64,000 bases of DNA from positions 31,082-95,081 of IMG/VR virus record IMGVR_UViG_3300042485_001470. One strand, written 5' to 3'. Each line of letters begins with the position of its first letter. The stretch's first letter is position 1. The translations under genes and the position numbers were made by a program. Shown here in pieces: positions 20,518-31,800 of the stretch. This DNA comes from a virus. The notes beneath the pieces were generated by a model. It ran no database searches, was not told the DNA's origin, and saw nothing but the letters and a program-made list of their open reading frames with translations.

Positions 20518-20805
20518 ATGAGTAGATACGAAAATAATCCTATTAAAAAAACTTTTGATGGTAAAGAAGTATATAGAAGAAAAATATATCCAAATATTCC
20601 GTTAAAAGATACCGATGTATATGTAATGACGGAAACTGGTGACAGATTGGATACATTGGCATTTCAATATTATGAAGATTCATCATTATGGTGGATAATT
20701 GCCGCAGCAAATAATATACACGATGCCCCTATGGGATTGCAAGATGGTACTATACTAAGAATACCATTAAACTATATTCAAATAAACAGTAATTTTATAA
20801 AATAA
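20518..20805 (+). CDS. LysM/tail-X-like baseplate protein
   Basis: GDRLDTLAFQYYEDSSLWWIIAAANNI...G..LRIP. Confidence 0.8.
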   Translation: MSRYENNPIKKTFDGKEVYRRKIYPNIPLKDTDVYVMTETGDRLDTLAFQYYEDSSLWWIIAAANNIHDAPMGLQDGTILRIPLNYIQINSNFIK

Positions 20806-20808
20806 TTT

Positions 20809-23088
20809 ATGTCAAGTTTTCCTAATTTATCAAATTTAGCGGGTTATGTAAAATCTGCATTAGATAGAAGAATTGGTAATGTTCAAAATGTATCACAATT
20901 AAATGCTTGGGTTAGAGTATCTTCTGGTGTTGGTGGGGGACTTATGTTATTATCTAATCCCAATTTTGCATTATTTAGAGCAGCTGGTGAAGGTTCTATC
21001 TATGGGGATGGTAAATCAAGTGGTACTTTGGGAACTAGTTGGGGCGGTGCAGCAATTTATGCGGAAACAAGTGATTCTGGATTTAGACCTAAACCAAATA
21101 TTACATCAATCGAAATCGATGAGGGAGCTGGTACATTAAGTAGAAAAGCATCGTTTACCATAACATGCTACACTAAAGGACAATTGGATACTTTGTGTGA
21201 ATATTTTTTAGAACCGGGATATTCTATTTTTTTAGAATGGGGTTGGAATGTACCTGAATCACTAAAAGCATACAGTTCCACATTAAATTCTACTACGGTA
21301 GCAAATTTTCAAAGTTTTAAAAAAGTAAATGAAGCAAGAGCAAATTCAAAAGGTACTTATGATAACTATTTGGGATTTATAACCGGAGGCGGTATTTCAT
21401 CTAATGGGGATACTTATGAAATATCTGTTAAATGTACTGGATTCACAGAACTACCTGCATATTTTATGGGAGCCGATAATTCAGAAGATTCGGAAAATGA
21501 GGAAAAAATAACAGAACCAGAATATAGTACTGCACAAATATCAGCTGAAACTAATTTGGGTAAAAAAAGATTTATGATGGCTTTTAATAGATTGCCATCG
21601 AATAGAAGAACTACTAGAGTATCATCTCTAATAGTAAACCCATTGGTAGCAAACCCTTCTAATTTTATAAATGTTGATGAAACTGTAAAGGCAAAAGTAA
21701 ATGAATGTGTTGGTGGAACTGAATTGCTTGGAATATCAATAAATGATGAAGAAGCAAATGTAGGTGGAGTGACTCAAGAATTCCCATCAGGAACGGAAAT
21801 TATAAAAGATGAATCCTTTATACGATTTGGTACTTTAATGGAAATACTTAATCAAATTGGTATGGAAGGGTTTATGATAGGTGGGAAGGTAATAAAAACC
21901 ACAATAAACACAAAAACCACAGTTTGTTGTGCATTTCCAAAAATATTTAGTACTGATAAGAAAAAACTATTTATACCAAATAAAACCGCTCCTTTATTCG
22001 ATTTAGTTAAAGCAGCAAATAGTCCAACTGATAATGGTGTAAGTGATGCGGCAACAGATGATTGTTCTGTAGTTAATGTAAATGATTCAGCCAATCTAAT
22101 TATGTTTCCAGCAGCAGGAACGATAGCAAATGGTATTGCTAATGGTAAGGTTGTTGTTAGTAATAAAATAGATGGTTCATTTGAAGCATTGACTAAACCA
22201 AATGGGCAGTGGGGGTTTTTGGATGACCTTTATGTAAATTTAGATTTTGCAAAAGGGGTATTAGAAACCAAAAACTTTTCTATAAGAAATGCATTATATC
22301 AAATATTAAATGGAATGTCAGCAGCGGCTGGAGGTCTATGGGATTTTCAAATAATGTCTGATGAGGATGATACAGAATTAAGAGTTGTTGATATGAATTT
22401 AACACCAACTGGTGTACAAGAGCCATATCAATTTATATTGGCTGGAGTTAATTCTATTTTTATAGATGCATCATTGGATATGGATATTAGTGGTGCAAAG
22501 ATGAATCAAATAATTGGTAATAGATTAGGACAGACAATTAATGGAAGTCAAAAAGATGTTAAATCAAAAGATAAAAAAGGACTATTTACCAATAAAGATG
22601 ACCAAATTTTAAAAGAAATAAAAAAAAGGGAAGAACCACCTCCACCAAAAGATGCTACGCCACCTGAAGGTCCTACTGATGATGAACTTGAAGAAGCAAA
22701 AATCAAAAACTTACAATTGTTTTTAGATAAAATTGGATTGATGCCTAGACCACATCTTGATGATAAATACCCATTTGAGGCAGACTTGAAAAAAAGTGTG
22801 TTTACAGTCGCATATAATGACCAAGCAGTTTTTGAATTTTTCAAAAATCAAAACGATAAAAAGGCAGTACAAACTGAACCAGGTGGAGTTGGACCTATTA
22901 TGCCAATTAAATTTACATTTACAATACATGGATTGAGTGGTATTAAGAGAGGTGATAAATTTAAAGTATTGGGATTACCTAAAAATTATGAATCAACTGG
23001 GTTTTTTCAAGTAACATCCGTTAAACATACGATAACCGATATGTTATGGAAAACTGATATAGAAGGAAGCTTTAGACAATCAAGATAA
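20809..23088 (+). CDS. Baseplate hub-like protein
   Basis: RPKPNITSIEI...RKASFTI.C...FLEPGYSIFLEWGW, C-terminal FTIHGLSGIK.GD.F...FQVTSVKH.I...W.T.IEG. Baseplate context. Confidence 0.65.
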   Translation: MSSFPNLSNLAGYVKSALDRRIGNVQNVSQLNAWVRVSSGVGGGLMLLSNPNFALFRAAGEGSIYGDGKSSGTLGTSWGGAAIYAETSDSGFRPKPNITSIEIDEGAGTLSRKASFTITCYTKGQLDTLCEYFLEPGYSIFLEWGWNVPESLKAYSSTLNSTTVANFQSFKKVNEARANSKGTYDNYLGFITGGGISSNGDTYEISVKCTGFTELPAYFMGADNSEDSENEEKITEPEYSTAQISAETNLGKKRFMMAFNRLPSNRRTTRVSSLIVNPLVANPSNFINVDETVKAKVNECVGGTELLGISINDEEANVGGVTQEFPSGTEIIKDESFIRFGTLMEILNQIGMEGFMIGGKVIKTTINTKTTVCCAFPKIFSTDKKKLFIPNKTAPLFDLVKAANSPTDNGVSDAATDDCSVVNVNDSANLIMFPAAGTIANGIANGKVVVSNKIDGSFEALTKPNGQWGFLDDLYVNLDFAKGVLETKNFSIRNALYQILNGMSAAAGGLWDFQIMSDEDDTELRVVDMNLTPTGVQEPYQFILAGVNSIFIDASLDMDISGAKMNQIIGNRLGQTINGSQKDVKSKDKKGLFTNKDDQILKEIKKREEPPPPKDATPPEGPTDDELEEAKIKNLQLFLDKIGLMPRPHLDDKYPFEADLKKSVFTVAYNDQAVFEFFKNQNDKKAVQTEPGGVGPIMPIKFTFTIHGLSGIKRGDKFKVLGLPKNYESTGFFQVTSVKHTITDMLWKTDIEGSFRQSR

Positions 23089-23089
23089 T

Positions 23090-23461
23090 ATGTTAGATAT
23101 TAACCGATATAAAAAAATAAATAGTCCTGATGTACTTTATGATAGTATAAAGATAAAAACTCATGTGGCAACACCAACCCAAACCGATTATAAAAGAGGG
23201 TATATTACAAGATATTTCATACAAAAAGCAAATGATACCGAATCAGCTATATATGAAGTTGATTATATAGGGTTTAGTAAATTTATAGACAACCCATTTT
23301 ATACACATGTAAATTTAAATTGGAGAATAATTGGTACTGATGAACAAATAAAAGATTCAAATTTTAAAGCAATACGTTTATTAACTCCAAAAATACCAAA
23401 ACTTCAACTATATCTTCCAAACTTATTGCAGTTTAAGCAAAAAAATGATTTGGAAGTTTAA
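23090..23461 (+). CDS. Conserved baseplate-region protein
   Basis: PT.TDYKRGYITRYFIQK...W.I.G motif. Last gene of the tail operon. Confidence 0.55.
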   Translation: MLDINRYKKINSPDVLYDSIKIKTHVATPTQTDYKRGYITRYFIQKANDTESAIYEVDYIGFSKFIDNPFYTHVNLNWRIIGTDEQIKDSNFKAIRLLTPKIPKLQLYLPNLLQFKQKNDLEV

Positions 23462-23480
23462 TTATTTTTTTGTATATTTG
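23449..23480 (+). promoter_or_regulatory. Bacteroidota-type promoter (-33 TTTG / -7 TATATTTG) for tmRNA
   Basis: TTTG 23449-52, 20-nt spacer, TATATTTG 23473-80. A late-type TATTTAT follows at 23481. Confidence 0.7.
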
Positions 23481-23493
23481 TATTTATCAATAT

Positions 23494-23879
23494 GGGGGTG
23501 ACTCGGAATTGATTACAATGAGAATTGTAGTATCACATGTAGTGGGATGGTTCTCCAACCACTTTAATCTCGGAATCAACAAATAAACGCAGAAGAATTA
23601 TCTTCTTGGACCTTCGAAGATGCTATGGCATTCGTAGGTGCTGATTACGCTGTAGCAGCCTAATCAAACTCGGGTCGGTGCACATATAACCTAGGAACAG
23701 AAGTGTTTACAAAGGCTTTATTCGTTGAGCCCAAATCAATGAATTGGTGGAAACGCTGAACTAACCATTCGGCCCCAATTATTTTGGAAAGTGAATAAGA
23801 TTAAACTTTATCCTAAACATGTGAGACGTTGGTATTATGGTTACTTTGTAAGACATGGGTTCGAATCCCATCACCTCCA
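23494..23879 (+). ncRNA. ssrA: tmRNA (transfer-messenger RNA)
   Basis: 5' GGGGGTG pairs with 3' CACCTCC-A, giving the G3:U70 Ala identity pair. T-arm atggg-ttcgaat-cccat. Long-range helices tcacatgt/acatgtga and ttacaa/ttgtaa. Internal tag ORF ends YAVAA-stop. Confidence 0.93.
23589..23663 (+). other. tmRNA tag reading frame AEELSSWTFEDAMAFVGADYAVAA*
   Basis: Resume codon GCA preceded by aaaTAAAC (U at -5, A at -4). 24 codons to TAA. Confidence 0.8.
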
Positions 23880-23883
23880 CAAC

Positions 23884-23921
23884 AATCCCGAACTATTATT
23901 TGGTAGTTTGGGATTTTTTTT
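23884..23921 (+). terminator. tmRNA terminator (overlaps the next promoter)
   Basis: aatcccgaacta / tagtttgggatt stem plus T-run. Confidence 0.75.
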
Positions 23922-23930
23922 GTATATTTG
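23899..23930 (+). promoter_or_regulatory. Bacteroidota-type promoter for PolA-like gene
   Basis: TTTG-N20-TATATTTG. Confidence 0.7.
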
Positions 23931-23935
23931 TGAAT

Positions 23936-25216
23936 ATGAAAATTGTTGAGTCTATTGGCGAATTGAACGAATTGAAAGTTTTGTTGGAAACCGAAGTATC
24001 CATTTGGTATCCAATATGGGTAGATAATGATAAGCACCCACAAAACACTCATATATCGTTCGTATTCGTTAGAACCTTATCGGACAAGTACATACTACCA
24101 CAACAACATACAGACGCTGTATCGCTATCTAATGAACAAATAGAAAGTGTGTTGAATACTGCCGGTGAAAAATGGGTTTTCCAAAAGAAAAAGCTACTAC
24201 AATCTTTTACAAATGTAAGGGAAGGCTTGAATGATGTTGATACCGCTCACTTCTTAAAGACCGGTGAACCAATAGATTACTCTCAACCACTACAACACTT
24301 AGTAGCTCCCCTTTTACATAGGGGTTACAAAGAAGACATCATTCAATCTATTCCCATTCTTAAACTTGCGGAAGCAATAGAACCACAATTACTAAAACAT
24401 ACAAATCAAAAGAGTAAAACTTATAATTGGTATAACGATATATTCTTACCTACCCTTTCAGATATTGAACGATTTGGGATTCGGGTCGATGGAAAAAAAT
24501 TTATTGATAGATGGCCTCAAGCCTATAAGCAATTAAAAGGAGATTGTGTGTTTACGGAATACAATCCATTTACGGTGACAGGTAGACCATCCAATAGACA
24601 TGGTGGTGTGAATTATGCCGCCCTCAATAAAACCGATGGTAGTAGAGATGTGTTCGTTTCCGATGGGATATTTCTACAAATGGATTATAACGCATATCAC
24701 CCCCGTCTAATCGCTAAGTTGGTTAAGTTCGATGCGCCGGATGGTAATATGCACCAATGGTTAGCCGAACAATATGGTTGTAGTGTGGATGAATCGAAGG
24801 GAATTACGTTCCAATTACTTTATGGTGGTATCGATGATGAGTTCCGCCAAATCCCATACTTTGATAAAGTGGCTGATTATATAGATGAGTTGTGGATTGA
24901 AACACAAAGAAGGGGATACTTACAAACACCACATAGAGAGATACCCCTAAGTTGGATAGAACAACCAAATGCTCAAAAAGTATTTAACTATCTACTACAA
25001 GCGGTAGAAACTGAAATGAATATTGATAAGATGATGAAGATATTAGAATGTATTAAGGGAAGTGGTATTGAGTTTTCCCTATACACATACGATTCATTTC
25101 TTTTTGATGTTCCTGTTGATGTTGATAAAGGGCTTATTAAGAAATTGAAAGAAATAATCGAAGAAGGGGGGTTTCCTATCAAAGCTAGTTGGGGAAAAAC
25201 TTACGGAAAACTCTAA
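23936..25216 (+). CDS. Divergent family A DNA polymerase-like protein
   Basis: TVTGRPSN, motif A MDYNAYHPRL, motif B SKGITFQLLYGG, motif C YTYDSFLFD. Start moved to ATG 23936 because the 23855 start lies inside the tmRNA. Confidence 0.8.
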   Translation: MKIVESIGELNELKVLLETEVSIWYPIWVDNDKHPQNTHISFVFVRTLSDKYILPQQHTDAVSLSNEQIESVLNTAGEKWVFQKKKLLQSFTNVREGLNDVDTAHFLKTGEPIDYSQPLQHLVAPLLHRGYKEDIIQSIPILKLAEAIEPQLLKHTNQKSKTYNWYNDIFLPTLSDIERFGIRVDGKKFIDRWPQAYKQLKGDCVFTEYNPFTVTGRPSNRHGGVNYAALNKTDGSRDVFVSDGIFLQMDYNAYHPRLIAKLVKFDAPDGNMHQWLAEQYGCSVDESKGITFQLLYGGIDDEFRQIPYFDKVADYIDELWIETQRRGYLQTPHREIPLSWIEQPNAQKVFNYLLQAVETEMNIDKMMKILECIKGSGIEFSLYTYDSFLFDVPVDVDKGLIKKLKEIIEEGGFPIKASWGKTYGKL

Positions 25217-25222
25217 AGAATA

Positions 25223-25230
25223 TATTTATA
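25223..25230 (+). promoter_or_regulatory. Putative late promoter core TATTTATA
   Basis: 25 nt before the nuclease ATG. Confidence 0.5.
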
Positions 25231-25255
25231 CTATATACAAAAATAGTGTCATAAT

Positions 25256-25858
25256 ATGAAAAAAATCAGTACCCTTATCGGTTTCCTACTTGTTTCTTTA
25301 ATTTCGTTTGGGCAAGATGTTAGAATTAAAAACGAAGTATTTGAAGTTCTTTATTCACAATCATTAGAACAACCTTTAGTAATTAAATATCGTTCAACTA
25401 ATAGACCTACAAATGTGAACAGAGGTACTATGGATTTTTACAAAGAACCAAACATTAAAACATCAGATGCGGAAGATTACGCTAAAAATATATACGATAA
25501 AGGACATGGTGCACCAGCTGCAACATTCTCTGATAATATGGTAAACCTAAAACAAACATTCTCATACTTAAATTGTATAATGCAAGACCAATACCTTAAT
25601 AGAGGTGAGTGGAGATTGTTAGAAGAACAAATCCGTAAATGGGATGATACTGAAAATATAACTGTACTAATAAAAACATTCTTTGATACTCCAGTAAAAA
25701 GAGTGGCAACTGGAGCAGCAATTCCATCTTACTTACAAAAACACATCTATTTTGAAACACAAAAGAAATGGAGATGTTATGTATTTCTAAATCAAAAACC
25801 AAAATTTCATTGGGATGAATTAGAAATGATATGCGAAGCTGAAGACCACAAATTTTAA
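25256..25858 (+). CDS. DNA/RNA non-specific endonuclease (NucA/Serratia type) with signal peptide
   Basis: YDKGHGAPAA (DRGH-type), TFSYLNC..Q...LNRGEWRLLEEQIR. N-terminus MKKISTLIGFLLVSLISFG-Q. Confidence 0.85.
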   Translation: MKKISTLIGFLLVSLISFGQDVRIKNEVFEVLYSQSLEQPLVIKYRSTNRPTNVNRGTMDFYKEPNIKTSDAEDYAKNIYDKGHGAPAATFSDNMVNLKQTFSYLNCIMQDQYLNRGEWRLLEEQIRKWDDTENITVLIKTFFDTPVKRVATGAAIPSYLQKHIYFETQKKWRCYVFLNQKPKFHWDELEMICEAEDHKF

Positions 25859-28800
25859 TGAATATGAATTTATCTGAATTAATAAACGAAATACTATCCG
25901 AATGGGCATATAGAGTTGAAAATGGTATGCCTGACCCAAAGAACCCAACCCATTTAAAGGAGTTGGGTATTGTACTTTCTGAAATGGGATTATCTCATAT
26001 CAAAGATACATTGGTTGAAAACCTTTTGGTGGAAACGGGAAAAACTCCACAAAAAGTTGTTGAAGCTGAAAAGGGTAACTTTACAAATCCTGCTCTTAAT
26101 AAATCTATTAAGTATAAAAATGATAAAGGTGAAGATAAGGAAGGATTGGTTGGTAACCTGTTAAGATTACCAAAAGAGCATCCTGGTAGAAAAGCAGCGG
26201 AAGCAACATTACCTGCCGATGGTACGCCGGAAAGAGATTCTATTAATAAAGATTTGGGTGGGGAAGGTCAACCTAAAAAGCCTGAAGATGGAAAGGGCAA
26301 AGAAGGTGGAGAATCAGGTGGTGGAGAAGATGAAAAAATGAAACAAGCGGCGGCAATGTTTGACCCAAAAGTAGACCCAGCTATGGCTGCTAGAATGAAT
26401 AAAGAAAAAGAAGTTCAAGCTCAATTAGCAAAAGATGCTGAAGCACAAAACGAACCACCCCCAACTCCAAAAAACCAAACAACAAACAAACAATTAGCAA
26501 AAGCAGCTGGATTTGATAATGTTGGTAGTTGGTATAATGACCTTAATAAGAAAGCAATGTCTGATGATCCTGAAGTGGCATCAAAGGCGGAAAAAGATTT
26601 AGATACATACGAAAAAAATAAAGTAAAAGATGCTCAATCAACTGATGATTTTAATCCAATAGATAGTAAGGATGTAGCAAAAGAAATGCCACAAGCTGAC
26701 CCAGAAACATTTGGAGGAGATAGTGATATACCGGATGGTATAGAACCTGAACAATTGCAAAAATTCAATACTGATATTAGTAAAGTAGCACAGCAAGTAG
26801 CTGATGCAAAGGCTAAAGGAGAACCAGCACCAAACATTAACTTATGTGATGTGACTGTTCCTGGTACTAACTTATATTGTGATGATAATTTGGGTATTCC
26901 AAGAGACCAAATGCCACAATTCAAAGGTACTGCTCAACCTGGTAGTAGAGCAGCTGGAATGGATGTGGATGCAAGTGGTGAGGTAGACACTGAACCTGTA
27001 TTCAAAGAAATGTTAAAAGAGAAAGGTATTAAGACATTACAAACGGAAATACCTGCTGATAAATTAAAAGCAACTCAGCAAGATTTAGTTGGTGCAAAAG
27101 TAGTTGGTATGATGGGTGTTTTAAAAGACCCAAATCACCCAGCTTTTGAAAAAATTACCGCACCAATATATGTGAGTAGGGATGGTCACGTAATTGATGG
27201 ACATCACCGTTGGGCGGCAATCGTAGCTCATAATGCAGCAAATCCAGACAATCAAATACCAATGAAAACAACGGTATTGGATATGGATATTAAAGATGCA
27301 ATTCCAATGGCGAATAAGTTTGCAGAAGATATGGGTATTGCGGCTAAGAAAGCAGATGCAAATAAAGAAGCACCAACCGAACAACCATCAGAACCAGCAA
27401 AAAGAGAACCTGCCAATAATGATCCTGAATCTAAAGCACAGCAATTTAAAGGAAAATCATCTGGTGAAAATATCCAAACAATGGAAATGGAAGGTGGTGG
27501 ATTCGTATATGGAACGAAGCACGGAAACACCGCAATGGTTGATGATATATTAGATGATGTTAAATCTAAAATACCAAAAGAAAGATGGAAGGATGTTGTA
27601 TTCGTAGGTGAGGGAGGTGCAACTGGTGATAGTGGTGAAGTGGAATTTAACGATGAAATGGATTACGCAGCTCCAAAGTTCAAAGAAATGGGTGCTGGTG
27701 TGGATACATGGGATGGTGATGATATGGATGTACATAATGACCAATCTAAATTATACCAAAAGCAAAAAGAAAAAACTGGATTTAACGATTCTCAAGTTAA
27801 AGCTGGTAACTGGGCTAGTATGATTGGGCAGGGAGAAGGTACTGATACAATGTCACCAAACGATTATTTAGATGATGAAGGTAAACAATTCTTAAGTGAT
27901 GCTGCAAAAGAGGCTGGATTCCCACCAATAGAAAATTGGAATGAACCAACCGAACAGGATAAAGATACTCTTTATAGATTATCATTCCCAGAAGATAATG
28001 GTGATAAACCAACAAAGATAAATGATATTCAAGTTGCATTTAATGATGCAAGAGATGAAAATTTAATTGAAAAGAATAAAGAACTAACTGCACAGGGTAA
28101 AATACCTATTACGATTGCAGGTGAGAGTCATGTTGACTTAGTCGATAAAATGACAAGAAAACAAAAAGGAGCATCAAGCGAAAAATTACCTGAACCAGAA
28201 GCCCCATCAGAAGAAGATGGTGGTGTTGTATATAGTGTGGGTGGTGGATATTATTCGGATAAGCCTGATGGGCCTGCACAATATGTGGCAACTGAAAATG
28301 TAATTCAAAAAGTATTAATTGAAGGTGATATTAATTTTTCTTATTTATTGTTTGAAGCAGCAGTAACTAAAAAAACTTCTAAAGGTAAGGTTGTAAAATT
28401 AAGAACAATCAAACCAAAAGACCAAAATAAAGCAACTGCAGCAGCTGCGGCAGCAAAACCACAGCCACCTGCTAAAATTGTACCACCGGGAGTAAAACAA
28501 AAACCACCGGTTATCGCACCACCAGAGGTAAAACCAAAATCACAAGCACCTGCTAAAATTGTACCTCCTGGTGTAAAACCAAAGGCATCAGTTCCACCTC
28601 CACCACCGCCTCCACCGCCGCCACTTCCTAAGAAGAAAGCAGGAGCTGTGCCACCTCCACCGCCACCTCCGCCACCAACGGTGAAGAAAGCAGGAGCTGT
28701 GCCACCGCCACCGCCACCACTTCCTACGAAAAAAGCAGGAGCTGTGCCGCCTCCACCGCCACCTCCGCCACCAACGGCGAAGAAAGCAGGAGCTGTACCA

Positions 28801-31800
28801 CCTCCACCGCCACCTCCTCCGCCGCCACTTCCTAAGAAGAAAGCAGGAGCTGTACCTCCTCCACCGCCACCTCCGCCACCTCCACCGCTTCCTAAAAAAG
28901 CAGGAGATAAAAGTGGTTGGGATGGATATGAAGAACCTGAATGGATAAAAAATGCTCCAAAAGGTTGGGATGATGATGCGGTTAAAAATAAGAGTGCTTG
29001 GGGTGATGAACCAATGCAAGAACCTGATTGGATGAAAGGTGGTTCTTCGTGGGATAAAAAGCCAATGCCTAAAGGTGAAACTCCACCTCCTGGTACTAAA
29101 AAAGCTGGAGCAATTCCACCACCGCCTCCACCGCCTCCACCGGGAGCTAAGAGTGCAAATAATAACGAAAATATACCACCAACCGATAAACAAGCAAATG
29201 AACAAATAGCTCAAGAAAGAAAAGGTTTAACTCATGAGGAAAATCAAGTTTATGAATTCTTAGAAGGAATGCCTGAAGAGCAAAGGGCAGAGGCAATTCA
29301 AAAAGCATTGGATGATAGAAGTTTGTTGCAAAAAGGATTGCAAGATACAATGGTAGGCGGTTGGTTTAAGAAGAAAGGGAAAATGTTGTCTAATGTATAT
29401 GATGGAATAAAGCAATGGTATAAAACAGGTAAAGTTGGTACTACTAAAGATTGTAGTGGTGCACCAGCTGGACCTCATGCAAATAAGAATGAAAATATAA
29501 AAGAAGATTCACAAAATAGACAAGACTATTTAGCATCTTTAGATAAGACGGGTAAAAAGAAAAAGAAAGCTGATGATAGTGATTGTATGGATGTGCATGT
29601 TGAGGACTATCAAAAAAGAGATAAAGATGGTAACTTAATGTACAAAAAAGAACCTGTATATGAAAGTGGAGAAAAACCAGACCCAAAAAACTTTGGACCA
29701 GATGGTGCATATTTCGGTGGGTTGGGAACTGGATACATAGGTCCTAGAAAAACTGGAACTGAATATGGTAATGCTTCTAAAGAAGATGCATTTAAAGCAA
29801 GTGAATTAGATTCTAAAACAGGATACTTTAAGAGAGATGGAAAATACTATGGTGTAGATGGTGAGGAAGTAAATGCGAAAGGACAAAAATTAGATGCAGA
29901 GGGTAATACAACACAAAAGACAGAAAGATGTTTCTTTTGTTTTCCTCCGGGAAAAAAGGTCCCAGTTACGCAAAAAGTTGCTGATTTGGAAGATGGTTTA
30001 ACCGCTGAACAAAAACATGCAGCTCATCATTCGGAACATGCTCAACATGAAAGAAAGCATGCGATGTGGCATTTAGGAATAGAAGCTTCATTGATAGTTG
30101 GTGGTGCATTAGCTGGCCCTATGATATTAGCTAAGATGGGAGTCGGTGGAGCAGCTGCTGGAGCTGGTTCGCATGGTGTAGCACAAGCAACTTCACAAGC
30201 CGCAACAGCCGCAGCTGAACATCACGGAGCATCTGCATTTGCAGCACACGTTTTAAAAGATTTTGGAAAGCATGCATTAGCAGAAACATTAGGAGTAACG
30301 AACCCTTATGCAGCAGCAGGGAGTGGGTTGGCAGCAAGTGCAGTTACTGGTGGTGTATTAGAATCATTTTGGAAAGATGTAGAAAAGTATAATTTATTAT
30401 CGGAAGATATTGATGGAGAAATGGATGAGAATAAAGGTAAAGATTTCTTAGAAAAAATTATGGTATTGATGATGGAGAAAATGAAAACTTACAAAATGAC
30501 TCCTCAGCAAAAGTTGGAAAGTATAAGAAAGTATAAATTTGAAAAAGCTGAAAACGAAAAGAAAAAACAAAAACAAGATAAATTAAAAGATTTGGCTAAT
30601 TTACTAAAAGAAAAAACAGCAAAGTCAAAACAAAATTCTATAAATCATTTTGTTGAATTTGCAGCTAAACGATTAAATTTAAAAGAAACTCCAAAAATTA
30701 ATTTAATGAGTGGAAATGAATTTAAAAATGAATTGGCAGCTTTGGGTGGGTATGACCCTTCTTCAAAAGAAATATTTGTTGCAACCGAAGGAAGATTGAC
30801 AGCTGATATTTTAAGAACTATTGCACATGAAATGGTACATAGAAAGCAAGAAGAAAAAGGATTCCTTAAGAACATTGATAAAGATGGTTCAGCTGGGTCT
30901 AAAATAGAAAATCAAGCCAATTCAATTGCTGGAATTTTGATGAGAGAATATGGTAAGATAAACAAACAAATCTATAACGAAAATACAAAAAAACAATTAG
31001 AATTAGTAAGTAATTTATTATTAGAGAAGGTTAATCGTTTTATTGATGAGGCTAAACCAAAGAAAGATGATCCTGATGTAAAATATATAGATGGAAAAGG
31101 AAAAGAACATACAATCAAATTTTCATCAGCAATTAAGTATGATGAAAAACATCCTGCTTATATAGCAGCTATGAAATTAAAAGATACTGGAGATAACTCA
31201 AATGATACCCAAACTGTTCAAGGTGCAGGATTGTTTGATGACCCAGAATATCAAAAAAGAATGGGAGCTGAAGTACCACCAACACAAACAACACCAACTG
31301 ATTCAGAAGAAAATCCGGAAGGATTGTATGACCCTAATGATAAATTACAATCGGCAGTTGTTGATGCAAAAAATCCAAAAGAATTATTTTCCGCATTAGA
31401 TGAATTAGGTAAAGATGAGGAAGATATAATGTTGGATAAGGTTAAAGCTGGGGCAGGTGGTCCTGTTGCATCAACTGGTGAAACTCTTTGTACTGAAGCT
31501 CAAACTAATATGATACAAGGTAGATATAATCCGAAGGAAGTTAGGAGTTCTACGGAATATAAAGCCGAATTGGCAAGTGTTAGAAATGTAATGAGTGGTA
31601 CTGATAAGAGAGCAAAAACTGCTCTTACTAAGGAATTGGATAATATTTGTGACAAAATGGGGTATTATAAAGAAGATGGTAACCCTGATTATGAATTAGC
31701 AATGGCTATGAAAGCCGAAGCAGATTTGTATATTAAACAAAATTTACCAGCTTTCAAAAAAACAAATGTAGCAAAAACTAAATTTAAAAAAGAAGAAGAT

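Noticed and set aside
23851-23882. Stand-alone tRNA (GGTTCGAATCC T-arm)
   Set aside because: No anticodon arm. It pairs with 23494-23500 as the tRNA-like domain of the tmRNA.
23855-23935. N-terminal extension of the PolA-like ORF given in the track
   Set aside because: It overlaps the tmRNA 3' end, terminator and promoter. ATG 23936 is the plausible start.
28588-29214. Arg/Trp-rich minus-strand ORF
   Set aside because: Shadow of the poly-proline codons.
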